Assembly: GCA_032718475.1 (NCBI GenBank)
Contig: JAUCBJ010003400.1
Location: 1 to 39,705 of the forward strand
Origin: Nemertoderma westbladi
Lineage: Eukaryota > Animalia > Xenacoelomorpha
Length of the DNA: 39,705 nucleotides
Direction: 5' to 3'
Shown here: positions 11,881-23,715 of the stretch, piece after piece
Layout: each line of letters opens with the position of its first letter
Position numbering within the stretch: the first letter of the stretch is position 1
Notes under the pieces: model-generated
What the model was told of the DNA's origin: nothing
Database searches by the model: none
The model's input: only the letters and a program-made list of their open reading frames with translations
Translations under genes and position numbers: made by a program

Positions 11881-12479
11881 ACGTGGCTTTGCTGGGGTAA
11901 TAATAAGTTTTGGATTACTTACACTATTTTCAATTAGTATTACATTAAATTTATTTACACTGATTAATTTACATCCACAAGTAATGGGTAAGCTCATGAG
12001 TGACGTATTGTGATGTTTTTCTGTCGTGCTTCAGTATTCTACATATATTATTGTATACAATATACACTACATATAATACATTGCCAATCATAATATTTAT
12101 TCCGAATGCATGCGGGACTCTTACTACTTTACAAATTTTTGAACACTACGTACGCCATAACTTAATTGCCATATTAATAATACACATAATTGCGTATGCC
12201 ATAACTAATTACCTACTAATATTATTTATAATATTAGACTTATCTCAATAAGAGTGAAGTATTAAGGCGTTTTCTGTTTTTCCGTTATACTACACTAAGT
12301 TTCTAATAATAAAGTTGGTGACGGGAAATTTAAATTTGTTGTGTGCAATAGGAATTTGGTCGTGGTTTATTATTTAGATTTACGTAAATTTACCTGAGGT
12401 AGGCGATAGCCCGGTAGGCCAAAAACGTTCCTAACTGAACCATAGTTTACAGCCAGTGCAAACCCTCGTTGCCATAAAA

Positions 12480-13530
12480 TACCTAATGTATTATGTCTAC
12501 ACCACTGGTGAACTCCATTCATTTTATAATGCACTGTACATACAGCATTGAAACAGGAAAAGGCCCCCTGTACTGACCACAGAATTGGGAAGTCCCAAAA
12601 TAACCTCTCCTAAGGCACAGAATGAGTCCCGCTGGCTCAGGCATCTGAGCCAATCAACCAAGGCATGGTTATCAATAAACCTGTTGACTGGGAGGAAAAG
12701 ACAACCAACCACCAAGGTGAAGGCTGAATCTCCAGCTGAATGAATGCCTCAATGGTTGGAAGGCCCACTTTGAGAAGCTTCTAAGCAATGATAGGGTATT
12801 GCCTGATAACTTTGAGGTACAACGTGTGTCTGAGTCTGTGCTCACAGATATCCCCATTGATAACATCTCCTTTTCTGAGGAAGCATAAATACCAGTCGTG
12901 CCAGTTGAGTAGATTGCGTGCAACTGAGGACTTTAAATTTCCTCAGTGTTTGGAGCTCATTTACCTCATTATTGTGGACACGTATAGGACAAAGAGAGTA
13001 CCTCAATAAATTAAAACAATAAGTTGGTCCATGTCGTAAATAGGGCAACCTGACAATTTATGGATCTTTTCATGGAATCTCATTGATCTCGATTGCTGCA
13101 AAGCTATACAATAGAATTATATTAAAGCGCATCAGGGATCCCATTGAGAGACTGCTCCGTGGAAATCAGAATGGGTTCCGTAAAGGTCGTGAGACAATGG
13201 AGCCCATTCTGGCACTTAGAAGGATAATCAAAGAGTTATCAACAAAGAAAGACAGACAACTGGCTATTATCTTTGATGACTTCTTTAAGACCTTCAATTC
13301 AGTCTCATGACCTTTTGTATGTTCAGGATATTTGCAGCATATGTGATGGTTCCATCACAGACCCATTCGAAGTCTATTTGGGAGTCCTTCTGGGTGACAC
13401 ACTTGGACTATTCTTATTCATAATTGTGGTTGATTATGTTCTACTCATGTCCTTAGACCATCTTAATAACGATGGAGTGATGGTAACACCCTCTAATGGC
13501 ACAAGAAGTAGAGGAAATCCAGCAAAGCTT
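12480..13530 (+). mobile_element. RTE-clade LINE fragment, degenerate, related to 36645-37811
   Basis: ISIAAKLYNRIILKRIR...NQNGFRKGR...ILALRRII...DFFKTFNSVS; GVLLGDTLGLFLFIIVVDYVL. 13270-13520 aligns by eye with 36648-36960. Confidence 0.88.
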
Positions 13531-13534
13531 ACAA

Positions 13535-15548
13535 ATCAACAACAAATGCACTGTAGTGTAGCCTACCGGTATAATATGGAACATTTTAAATTTCCCACTC
13601 AAATATTAGGCCTGATGTAGAAATGTAAAGGCACCTACTGTAGAGCTCTTTCACCAATTTTTAAAGTAAACTGTTCGAAAATAATAATTAATAAATACAA
13701 GTAATTAAGCGTAATAGAGTGTGCTAATATTATAGAGGTACATAATATAATATACAAACGTTACAGGAGTATTCTAGATTTGTACGAAAAAACTGCACTA
13801 AAAATTAGAAAGTTAATTAATTATTCTAGATTAAGTTAAGTATCGATTAGATTAAGTATTCTATTAAATTAAGTATCGATTAGGTTAAGTATTCTATTAA
13901 ATTAAGTATCGATTAGATTAAGTATTCTATTAAATTAAGTATCGATTAGATTAAGTATTCTATTAAATTAAGTATCGATTAGATTAAGTATTCTATTAAA
14001 TTAAGTATCGATTAGATTAAGTATTCTATTAAATTAAGTATCAATTAGATTAAGTATTCTATTAAATTAAGTATCGATTAGATTAAGTATTCTATTAAAT
14101 TAAGTATCGATTAGATTAAGTATTCTATTAAATTAAGTATCGATTAGATTAAGTATTATATTAAATTAAGTATCGATTAGATTAAGTATTCTATTAAATT
14201 AAGTATCAATTAGATTAAGTATTCTATTAAATTAAGTATCGATTAGAATAAGTATTCTATTAAATTAAGTATCGATTAGATTAAGTATTCTATTAAATTA
14301 AGTATCGATTAGATTAAGTATTCTATTAAATTAAGTATCGATTAGATTAAGTATTCTATTAAATTAAGTATCGATTAGATTAAGTATTCTATTAAATTAA
14401 GTATCGATTAGATTAAGTATTCTATTAAATTAAGTATCGATTAGATTAAGTATTCTATTAAATTAAGTATCGATTAGATTAAGTATTCTATTAAATTAAG
14501 TATCGATTAGATTAAGTATTCTATTAAATTAAGTATCGATTAGATTAAGTATTCTATTAAATTAAGTATCGATTAGATTAAGTATTCTATTAAATTAAGT
14601 ATCGATTAGATTAAGTATTCTATTAAATTAAGTATCGATTAGATTAAGTATTCTATTAAATTAAGTATCGATTAGATTAAGTATTCTATTAAATTAAGTA
14701 TCGATTAGATTAAGTATTCTATTAAATTAAGTATCGATTAGATTAAGTATTCTATTAAATTAAGTATCGATTAGATTAAGTATTCTATTCTAGATTTCAC
14801 TATGTACGAAAAGATCAACAGAACGACAGGTTGATTAATGGTACCCCTACGCTAAGGCTCACTCACTTCGTGGCTTGCCCCATATTTATATGGTGAATTA
14901 CTTTCAGTCATTATGTTTATCTCACCTGCGCTACTTAAGCATCTAATACGGTAGCTAATAAAAACCTAGGATGTTCTGTTTTTTTTTGTCATATCTATAA
15001 GGCGCTGCTGTAGGTTAACTGTATTTAATCACACTACTCTAGCTATAATTACTTTTTTTATGGGAGGTTATTATCTAGAATTCTAGAAGGTGGTAAAATA
15101 TTGAAAAAATTCATACAGTACCGGTACCAAAAGCCTCGTATATGGCGATAAGATTATGTTACCACGTTAACATACTAGGCCATCCACTAACTAATTAATT
15201 ATCCATTTCGTATTAATTTTTGAGTAATGATTGCTGGTTGTGTAAAAGTGTTATCTGTCGATGCGATTTTGAATTTAATTGGTACAACTCTGATTAATAT
15301 ATATGGACTGGAGAAGGGAATAAAAATATATATTCTGTACCTCTATAATATTAGCACACCCTTTTAAGCTTCATTACTTTAATTTATTAATTATTATTTT
15401 CATACAGTTTACTTTAAAAATTGGTGAAAGAGCCCTACAGTAGGTGTTTTTACATTTCTACATCAGGCCTAATATTTGAGAGGGGAATTTCAAATTTGCC
15501 ATATTATTATACCGGTAGGCTACACTACAGTGCAGTTGTTTTTGCTTT
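13535..15548. mobile_element. Foldback-type element with about 210-bp inverted arms enclosing a 33-bp satellite
   Basis: 13543-13755 (tgcactgtagtgtagcctaccggtataat...gctaatattatagaggtaca) is the reverse complement, with mismatches, of 15325-15540. TSD not found. Confidence 0.8.
13830..14790. repeat. AT-rich 33-bp tandem repeat, about 29 near-identical copies (17+16 bp subunits)
   Basis: Unit TATTCTATTAAATTAAG-TATCGATTAGATTAAG. Confidence 0.97.
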
Positions 15549-16171
15549 TGGTTATATTAATACAGCTTGAGAACGGTATCCGTTAGGGTACCGAAATATC
15601 GTAATAAATATTTCCTTCATCCATCGGTCCGTTCAGTAACTTTAATACTGTATATTCAATTATACTTATACTTTTTCTAATTATATTTTTTGATGTTTTT
15701 GGAATAGCACCAAAGATGATGGTGGCTTTACCAAACATTTTTTTAACTAGTTGCATCGTCATCAGAGACCTCGAAAACCCGGATACCTTTAGAATTATCC
15801 AACTAAAGCAAACACTTTTTAATTAACTTTATTTTTAAGGTATACTTTTTCATCAAACTACAGTAGATTAGCAACAAAACATTTTTCTTCACCAGAAAAA
15901 TATTTCTAACAAGTTATATCAATGTCAATATCAATAACAATATAAGTGACCTCGAAAACCTTACACCTTTAAAATTATTATTTTTCATCAACTAGAAAAT
16001 ATCCTAAAAATTAGCCCGGGCCAAATAAGATTAAACAATCAGCTGTTATTGTCTTCCATCTATCTTTATTGAAAAATATTTATCTTCAAACTTTTTATCT
16101 TCCAACCTCTATAATCTCCTCCTCTTTTTTGGGTATTAATTAGCTAACTCAAGTTATCCTAATTATTGCAG

Positions 16172-16337
16172 GTGATACTGTAGTGACCTGCAACAATCCT
16201 ATAATTACAGTTGATACAGTTGATAAGGAGTCATACACCCTCACCAGGTGTAGCATCCCAGACCTTGGGGTTTACGAGTTCAACAAAGTCACTAAGTCTC
16301 TAATCATAACAGGAAAATTCCCATGGATGGCCTGGAG
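16172..16337 (+). CDS. Host gene internal exon B, beta/gamma-crystallin domain protein (phase 1 to phase 2)
   Basis: ttgcAG acceptor and GGAG|GTAATA donor. Translates (G)DTVVTCNNPIITVDTVDKESYTLTRCSIPDLGVYEFNKVTKSLIITGKFPWMAW(R); the PDL...FN...S..I.G..W pattern completes the motif begun in exon A. Confidence 0.82.
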
Positions 16338-17077
16338 GTAATAATATATAATTTGCAATAATTTATGTTACATATGTCATCATTAGGCCTATGGGAGAAG
16401 GCTGCGAGTAGCTACATCGACCCGAGCGAGCTGCTACATCACCAGCTGATCTCATATAAAATAATATAGCACACATACAGTATTTTGTGATCCCACTTTC
16501 CAAGTGACACCAGGATGGGCCTGATGATGATGTCCTTCGATGAGTCATATCTACGGTACCGCAGTCCCTGAGTATCTGCAGGTATTGGGCTGGGGCAAGC
16601 CATGTAGTGTGACGAGTTCGTATCGCTAGTGCCTACTTTCTGATTTTTTTCTGGCAGTAATTTATTTTAGGAATCATAGTAGATCTGTAGAGTAGAATCT
16701 GTTGATCTTTACTTAACGGATTTAATAATATCTTTCATTAGATGTGCAGTTTTATAAACTTTAAACATGAATAAAAAATTATGAAATATATTTTATCTGA
16801 AGGCGTATTTAATCGATCTTCAGATATTTGTACCCACAGAGAAGAAGGTGTCGTTGTATGAAACAATATATTCAAATTGTTGTGACACTATCCTCTTTGT
16901 CACACTATAACTAATGTAACTTGTAACTTCCTTATCCTTGGTTAGGGTACATTACCTTGTTTATAGCTGTAAAGTTTACTTTATCATACGTCTTTGTGTA
17001 AATATTGTTAGCACTTTATTTCACTGCTATGTGTAGTTTCACTAAAAATTGGCGCCCACAGCATAGTCAGTCGGTCT

Positions 17078-17163
17078 GCTCACAAGTAGTTTCTCCTGTG
17101 TTTTCGGCTCACAAGTAGTTTCTCCTGTGTTTTCGGCTCACAAGTAGTTTCTCCTGTGTTTTC
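17078..17163. repeat. 29-bp tandem repeat x3
   Basis: gctcacaagtagtttctcctgtgttttcg. Confidence 0.93.
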
Positions 17164-17199
17164 TACCTTCTTCACCTATAATATTCTTAACTTACTGCC

Positions 17200-17325
17200 A
17201 AATATGGATGAAGGTGATGGAGTTCATGAATTCTTTTGTGATATTTCAAAAGCCCTTGACCGTGTCTGGCACCGTAGGCCGTATATACAGCATAAACTCC
17301 AATGAATGGGAATTGAAGCCCTTCT
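17200..17325 (+). mobile_element. Short CR1/L2/Jockey-type LINE RT fragment
   Basis: MDEGDGVHEFFCDISKALDRVWH...HKLQ*MGI resembles F.DISKAFD.VWH...KL...GI. Confidence 0.7.
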
Positions 17326-17384
17326 AGGAATCATATCGATGATATCGACGTTTGGACCATATTACAGTGTGCGTCATTTAAGTG

Positions 17385-17800
17385 GTTACCCCTGATAAAT
17401 GTGTGTCCCTCATTAATGTTTGTGTCCCTCATTAATGGGTGTCCCTCATTAATGTTTGTGTCCCTCATTAATGGGTGTCCCTCATTAATATTTGTGTCCC
17501 TCATTAATGGGTGTCCCTCATTAATGTTTGTGTCCCTCATTAATGGGTGTCCCTCATTAATGTTTGTGTCCCTCATTAATGGGTGTCCCTCATTAATGTT
17601 TGTGTCCCTCATTAATGGGTGTCCCTCATTAATGTTTGTGTCCCTCATTAATGGGTGTCCCTCATTAATGTTTGTGTCCCTCATTAATGGGTGTCCCTCA
17701 TTAATGTTTGTGTCCCTCATTAATGTTTGTGTCCCTCATTAATGTTTGTGTCCCTCATTAATGTTTATCCCCCTGATAAATATGTGTCCCTCATTAATGT
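17385..17800. repeat. 36-bp minisatellite (19+17 bp subunits), about 10 copies
   Basis: gtgtccctcattaatgttt + gtgtccctcattaatgg. Confidence 0.96.
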
Positions 17801-18159
17801 TCCACTTGAATCCAAATTTTGTTCTTATAGTTCTGCATGTGGCTACATTTTGCTCAATTTGTATTGAGATATGATACTAACTACAGTACAATACTTATTT
17901 TAGAAGTAATTAATACCCCATCAAAAAGTTATGGAGCCCCAAAAGAGACCGACTTTGAATACAAAAATTGTGCAAGTGTGTTAGCTATATTTTTTTGCAT
18001 TACAGTATGTACTTACTGTATTTGTTATTAATTCGTGCACATGTAGGCCTATTACTAACACCTGCTCATGTGCTAATTAAACATGTTAGATAGCACGTAT
18101 TAACTTAGTATTACTAAATAATTAAGGAAGCACGATACGCCTTGGCTATTATTTTATAT

Positions 18160-18338
18160 ATTTTGTGGGTTTTTTGTAAAAATTGTGACTTATGGTGTTT
18201 TGCCAAATTGAGGATACCGTGTCTTCTAGGCATTACCCCACAACTATCGTATAGTTTTTAATAATGGCAGAAAACGGTGTTCCCCCATATTTTGGCAAAA
18301 CACCATAAGTCAGAATTTTTACAATAAAACCGCAAAAT
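18160..18338. repeat. Inverted repeat with about 48-bp arms (MITE-like hairpin)
   Basis: tgtaaaaattgtgacttatggtgttttgccaaa vs tttggcaaaacaccataagtcagaatttttaca. Confidence 0.85.
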
Positions 18339-19679
18339 AAATCAATGGCGATTCTAAATCAAATTGAAAGTTTACTTATTAAGAATTCTAAATATATTTA
18401 GTTGTCAAAAAACACAATATAATCAGGCACCGAGAGGTTACTTACTTACTGTAATAAATTATCGCCCTCATGCGAGATGGAGCTGAACCAAGGTTATTGC
18501 TGGCGACTGGCTAACTGATCTCCAGCCAAAACCTCTCAAACGATTTCGATGAAATTGTCACAGTGGCTAGATACCGTGATTCTGAGATCGCATGCTCGTG
18601 TCATTATTTCGTCCATAGCCTCTGATCAAATCACCAGCTGGTGCACATGAAAAATGACTTATGTAATGGATTTCTATACAGGCTTAGTTAGGCTGACGGG
18701 TCTAGCGTCCCGAAAAGGAACCGAGTTTTTATTTCAAATAAAAGTGACAACGAGAAATAGTATAGAACTAATAATTATGTAAAAATACAATCATATTTCA
18801 AACAATAATTACTAAGAAATTCGATCTTTTATTAGTTGCTTAATTCGAGAACAAAATCGACCTGCAACTAGTGAAGACCTCGTTTTCGAATTTCGAAACC
18901 ATGCTGGTGCGATGCGCGATATCGTGTTTAGTTAATAAATTAAAATCTACAGCAATTTATATGCACCCAGTAATACGAAATCCCTATGAATGTAATCAAA
19001 TACAAATTATTCTAGAAAAATGTCCTCTAAAGTATGTAGTCTTGGCATTGGTGCTTCGAAACTAGGCTAGTGAGATTCAGGATATTGCGTTTAATATAAA
19101 ATTCGAAAACACCATCAAATTCCGTAATGGCGATAATAAAATACTGCAACTTTTTTGAAATTGGTAAAATTCTAGAACTAGAAAAAAATTTAATTTTTGA
19201 ACGGCGATGTTTGGGGATTCGAAACATGGATAGGCTGAATGAGGACATCGAATTAAGTTGAAAAATAAAATCCCATATTGGAGTTATAGCGGATAGAAAG
19301 AAAATTTACCAACCCCCCCCCCCCCCCCCCCCAGTCGCCAAAAAATTAGGCAAATTAAAAATTTTGAGAAATAAATTTTTTGCGCTATTTTTGATAGGGA
19401 ATCGATTGGCAGTACTGGCTACGAAATTTTTTTTTTGAAATTTTCGGTTAGGAAAGTATCTTATCAAATCTACATACTACTCTATAACAAAATAACCATT
19501 CAGGTGGCCAGCATTTCCCAGGAACCTGACATTCGCATTCATTGAATCCAGGGCAAGAGTTTATATTGTATTCTGTGAATGGAGCTATCAGCTGGGTAGA
19601 ATGATTGATTATTAGCCTTTGGTCAGAGAGAGATCCCACTCTGTATTCCCTCTATCTAGCACCACTCTAGCAGCAGGGC

Positions 19680-20200
19680 CTATAGGATGCTCTGGGAAGA
19701 GTTATTCAGCTGAGGGTGTAATAGATTACAAACGAAATCAACCAGTTAATGTTTACTTATTGTCTGAGTTGAAAGAGTGAGTGATTAATTAAGCCCCTAT
19801 CTGTCTTGTATTTTAATTATATCAGAAATCGTTGCCTTCAGTACAAAATATCTTAAAATTGATTCACCTGGTATTACAAATCTCTGAATTGCAAATTGTA
19901 TTGCAAATTCGCTTTGGTTCGAGTGTGAAGGCCATTAGCTGTGTGAAATGTTAATCATACAGTACAGTGTAATGCTAGTCTATGGAGAAATTCAATTTTG
20001 CCAGAGAGTGGTAGGGCCTAAACAAACAGTATGGGTGAACTAAGTACAGTAAAACTTGGCTACCAACATGGTTTACTATGCCTGTGTATAACTCTGACAT
20101 ATTAAGCCATATTTCATCATGAACACCAGCTGTTATTGGTGTTATTTTACCATTGCATCTATGATACTTTTAGCTTGTGTCTATTTTACGAGCCCAGAGG
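19680..20200. repeat. Dispersed repeat with a second copy at about 33187-33442
   Basis: ataggatgc..tgggaagagttattcagctgagg...gttgaaagag.ga.tgattaa (19682-19788 vs 33188-33289) and catga.c.ccagctg...ctatttt.cgagcccaga (20117-20197 vs 33368-33442). Confidence 0.8.
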
Positions 20201-21181
20201 ATTAGCCAGAGGAAATCCAAAGGCTACTCCTGTCCAGTTTATCGATATCCTCTGGTGTTAGCTCCAACCAAGAAGTTTGTTCCCTGGCATCCATGGTTTT
20301 ATCTGTTTATCGAGGTTCAATCAATCACTGCACCATGTTATGTCTTGTACCGCGGGTAAATGAACTAGGCGGTCAGATAGCGTATATTATAAAACAATAT
20401 GATAATAATATGTTATATGTCCGTATTGTTAATATCGTAATAATATATATCATATCACAGTTTCATATCAGAACTCTATTATAGACAAGGTTATTACTAT
20501 TATTGTTTATTATTATTATGTGTATTATTAGAAAGCACTATAATAGTGCTAATAGGCCTACCTATACGGTACTCTATCACCAGGCATAGGCAATTAGGGT
20601 GGAGTGAAAAACAGTTTTTTTCGCCAATCCCTTTGGAACTTTCAATAAACGTGTTCCTATGTTCTGTAAGACATGTCAAAAAAGAAAAAGTTCTAAAACT
20701 TGTGGGAACACCTGGTACCAGAGGCTTTTTTGATGACTGTTCTAGAACATTTTGAGCAAAACGACGAATTGCGGTAGAACAAGTTCTACTGGTCGTACAT
20801 GCTTGATTTTGAGCTCATTTGAACCGCAAGCAACGATTTAGTGGGGGTAGATGCCACTTTCAAGGCTCCCTTGTCAATAGTTCTCGAAATATTAGAGATT
20901 TTTCATCGGCACTGGAAGGGCTTGTATATGTTCACAGTTTGAGAGAAATTACACTTTACTGTAGAACAAGTTATGTTGGCTGTACGTAGCTATTTTTATT
21001 TTTACTATGTTCATATGTGCGATTGTTACCCCGACCCCATGCATTGAACGAAATAAAAGTATATTATTATTATTTTATTATTGTTATTATACTAATAAAC
21101 AAACATATTGACTGAAAAAAACTATAACTATAAAAACTATACCAACATAAAACAATATTATTTACACTACGAACGTTTTTT

Positions 21182-23419
21182 TCATCTTAAAATGTTTTTT
21201 AGAGTCAAATTTTTGACGGTTGTACCTTGCTTTTTGCCATATACACGGACCATTTGGTCTTGTCTTTGAGTACCTGTAACTATTTTAGAAACATGGCTTA
21301 GTGTTTGAACATATCGTTCCACGGCCTGAGAATGGCATGGATATTGTTTCATGTAATGCGATTTTCCGATTTCAAAAAGTTCCTGTAATTCTTCTTTTGA
21401 AATTCCCACTGTTAGAGGTGGTTCTGTAATTGAGTTCTTCCACCAATCAATGAGTTCGTAGTATTCTGTTGCATTGAGGTTTATTTTTGGTACTTCGAAT
21501 TTTCGGATTATAGTAGATGTAATATTTTTTCTTGAACGTAGAATCCGTTGTACCGCAAGGCTTCTAACTATAGCTCGCTCATCAAACAACATGGCTAACA
21601 ATATATTTTCTGAATGACAGAAGAATGCATTTCTGAGAATTACAGGATCAACAATTTTCTTCTGGTCATCCGATAAATATCTACTCAATTGAATAAATAA
21701 GAAGTAGTTTTGAGTCCCGTCGGTGATTTTGTGGTTAATCTTTACGGTAAACCAAACTGGAGCATATACCATAATTATATAGGTGACTAAATCAACTAGG
21801 GTCTTACTAGGGTGCTGTGTACTAATATATAAACGACAAAGTCGATTCGCTTTAGTAAGCCAGCGAGCATTTGTAACATTACCAGGCATCAGTTTGGCTA
21901 GTTTTTCATTACAAAATCCACTACCAATTGCCGAAACAATCTTACATAAATACATTTGATCAGTGGATAATCTTTTCTCAAGATTAGCACTAACAGACGG
22001 CATATTTGGTGATACTATAGGGGTATACTGGACAACTTCTAGTGAAGTCAGATCAGCAGACATCATGGCCTTAGCGAGTGGACCTGTCCAACTTGATGGC
22101 CCACTTGTCTCTCCATCCAAACCCTCCAATAAATGTTTGAACGGGAGTTCATTAGCATGAAGTAAGCAGATACTCCACTGTAATGGTCTACCCAATTTTC
22201 TTTCCATTCTATGTATGATTCCACCTTTATGCCCTGTATTACTGTTAGTTCCATCAGCTCCAATTACTTTAAGATTAGTTAAATCTATATTGTTTTGCAG
22301 GAAGAATTCAAGCATTGATTTAGTGACATCATCAGCCTTTCCAGTACTTGGTGCAATATGTCCCAGATACACAGAGTTCGGTTCAGCTATCAGTACCTCA
22401 GGTCCCTCAGTCTTTAATTTAACCCCACCAGTTTCTGAATCTACGTAAATAGTTTTATCGTTTCGACCGTCATAGTAAAGTCCAGTAATATTATTTATCT
22501 CATTTTTACCATAGTCATTTCGAAGTTGCTGCCTTGATCGCTGTATTTTGCTTCTATCTATTACAGCTGATTCCTCAGGTGTATCAAGAAGATCACACAT
22601 AGTTGCGGAGGCAATAGAGGCAACAATACGATCACTGATCCCATGGAGCTCTGCCTCTCTCGCCACAGTTGGCAAGAGAGTATAATTCCGTTTTGTTGAT
22701 GTTACATTCCTTAAAGAAGTATACCCTTTGCAAGATGTCTTATCCCACTCCATATTTGCATCTGAAGTTGTTTCATCTACCGGCACTAAGACTGTTTCTG
22801 TTTCATATATCTCTGAGGATGCTGGGTTACATTCCAGATTTATTTTCATGTTTTTTGCAGCATATTGTTCATATGATATCTTTCTTTTGTAAAGAGCCAT
22901 GGTTCGTCTGGTTGTGTCAGTATCAACCTCGCCTATCCTCATTTGCCTGTGACTTCTCTGATCTATTAAAAACGAAATCTCTCGGGCTGGAACCTTGTGT
23001 GCTGGCTGGCAACTACATGTGCCACTAACTAAGTCACATCGACATAAAACTACTTCAAACAGCAGCTTAAATTCATCGTTGAGTAAACGAACTCTCTCTT
23101 GGTAGAATGGTTTTTCCTTCCTTTCAGGCGAATATTTTTCAAGGATACGGCACTCCTCACGTTTTAATACAATCTTTTTAACTATCCCTTTCAATGTAAT
23201 TGTTGGTATTGATGCTCTTTTATAAACATCAATAATGTCTTTGCCTACAACTAAAGCAACATCCCTCACATTAGGATCCTTACTCGTAACTTGATTTATC
23301 TTCATTTGAGATTGAATAAAACTAAAATGCTGTAATACTTCGCCATTACTGGGGAGCTGATTCTCCTTAAGTTTGGTAGCATATCCATAAAGATGTACTG
23401 TCGCCTTTCTGGTTGCCAT
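21182..23419 (-). CDS. hATm-like DDE transposase, 745 aa, intronless
   Basis: YYDGRNDKT (D1), IGADGTNSNTG (D2), WSICLLHANELP (CxxH), LSTDQMYL, ARWLTKANR, NAFFCHSENILLAML, PCHSQAVERYV (E). Confidence 0.88.
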   Translation of the reverse strand: MATRKATVHLYGYATKLKENQLPSNGEVLQHFSFIQSQMKINQVTSKDPNVRDVALVVGKDIIDVYKRASIPTITLKGIVKKIVLKREECRILEKYSPERKEKPFYQERVRLLNDEFKLLFEVVLCRCDLVSGTCSCQPAHKVPAREISFLIDQRSHRQMRIGEVDTDTTRRTMALYKRKISYEQYAAKNMKINLECNPASSEIYETETVLVPVDETTSDANMEWDKTSCKGYTSLRNVTSTKRNYTLLPTVAREAELHGISDRIVASIASATMCDLLDTPEESAVIDRSKIQRSRQQLRNDYGKNEINNITGLYYDGRNDKTIYVDSETGGVKLKTEGPEVLIAEPNSVYLGHIAPSTGKADDVTKSMLEFFLQNNIDLTNLKVIGADGTNSNTGHKGGIIHRMERKLGRPLQWSICLLHANELPFKHLLEGLDGETSGPSSWTGPLAKAMMSADLTSLEVVQYTPIVSPNMPSVSANLEKRLSTDQMYLCKIVSAIGSGFCNEKLAKLMPGNVTNARWLTKANRLCRLYISTQHPSKTLVDLVTYIIMVYAPVWFTVKINHKITDGTQNYFLFIQLSRYLSDDQKKIVDPVILRNAFFCHSENILLAMLFDERAIVRSLAVQRILRSRKNITSTIIRKFEVPKINLNATEYYELIDWWKNSITEPPLTVGISKEELQELFEIGKSHYMKQYPCHSQAVERYVQTLSHVSKIVTGTQRQDQMVRVYGKKQGTTVKNLTLKNILR

Positions 23420-23571
23420 TAGTCACATAAAATAATAATTGAAACTGAAACTAAATATAGGCTAGAGTTCCGTTCGAGCCAGCATTTTTGATAGCATAGA
23501 TAGATTACTAACATTTCCTCGTTTTCCCTTGGGGTTTCGTTTATTCTTTAGGCTAGGGTTCGTTGGTCAGA

Positions 23572-23715
23572 CCCAAACCCTAATTAAAAGTGTTATATAG
23601 CCCTATCCCTAAGTCAATGCCCTTCGGGCCAATAGCAATACGTCCGAAATTCCACAAAATTAGAGCGTCATGACTTAGGGTTAGGGTTATATAACACTTT
23701 TAATTAGGGTTTGGG
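23572..23715. repeat. 45-bp inverted repeat (43/45 match, 54-nt spacer) containing TTAGGG units, upstream of the transposase ATG
   Basis: cccaaaccctaattaaaagtgttatatagccctatccctaagtca vs tgacttagggttagggttatataacacttttaattagggtttggg. Confidence 0.92.

Noticed and set aside
13830-14790. Regular 28-50 bp repeats (also at 17078, 17401, 24873, 26709) as CRISPR arrays
   Set aside because: Head-to-tail units with no unique spacers, no cas genes, and a eukaryotic context.
16505-16581. Exon-like segment after exon B
   Set aside because: Stop codons in all three frames before the candidate donor.
17049-17062. TGGCGCCCA as a tRNA-Lys PBS
   Set aside because: Only 9 nt match, with no adjacent LTR end or gag.
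17331-17742. Repeat ORFs (MRDTNINEGHPL)n and its antisense
   Set aside because: By-products of a 36-bp stop-free minisatellite; no unique coding flanks.
19504-19595. Possible phase-2 exon (WPAFPRNLTFAF...)
   Set aside because: Weak splice sites, no crystallin pattern, and it would disrupt the WMAWR-DVNYMG motif.
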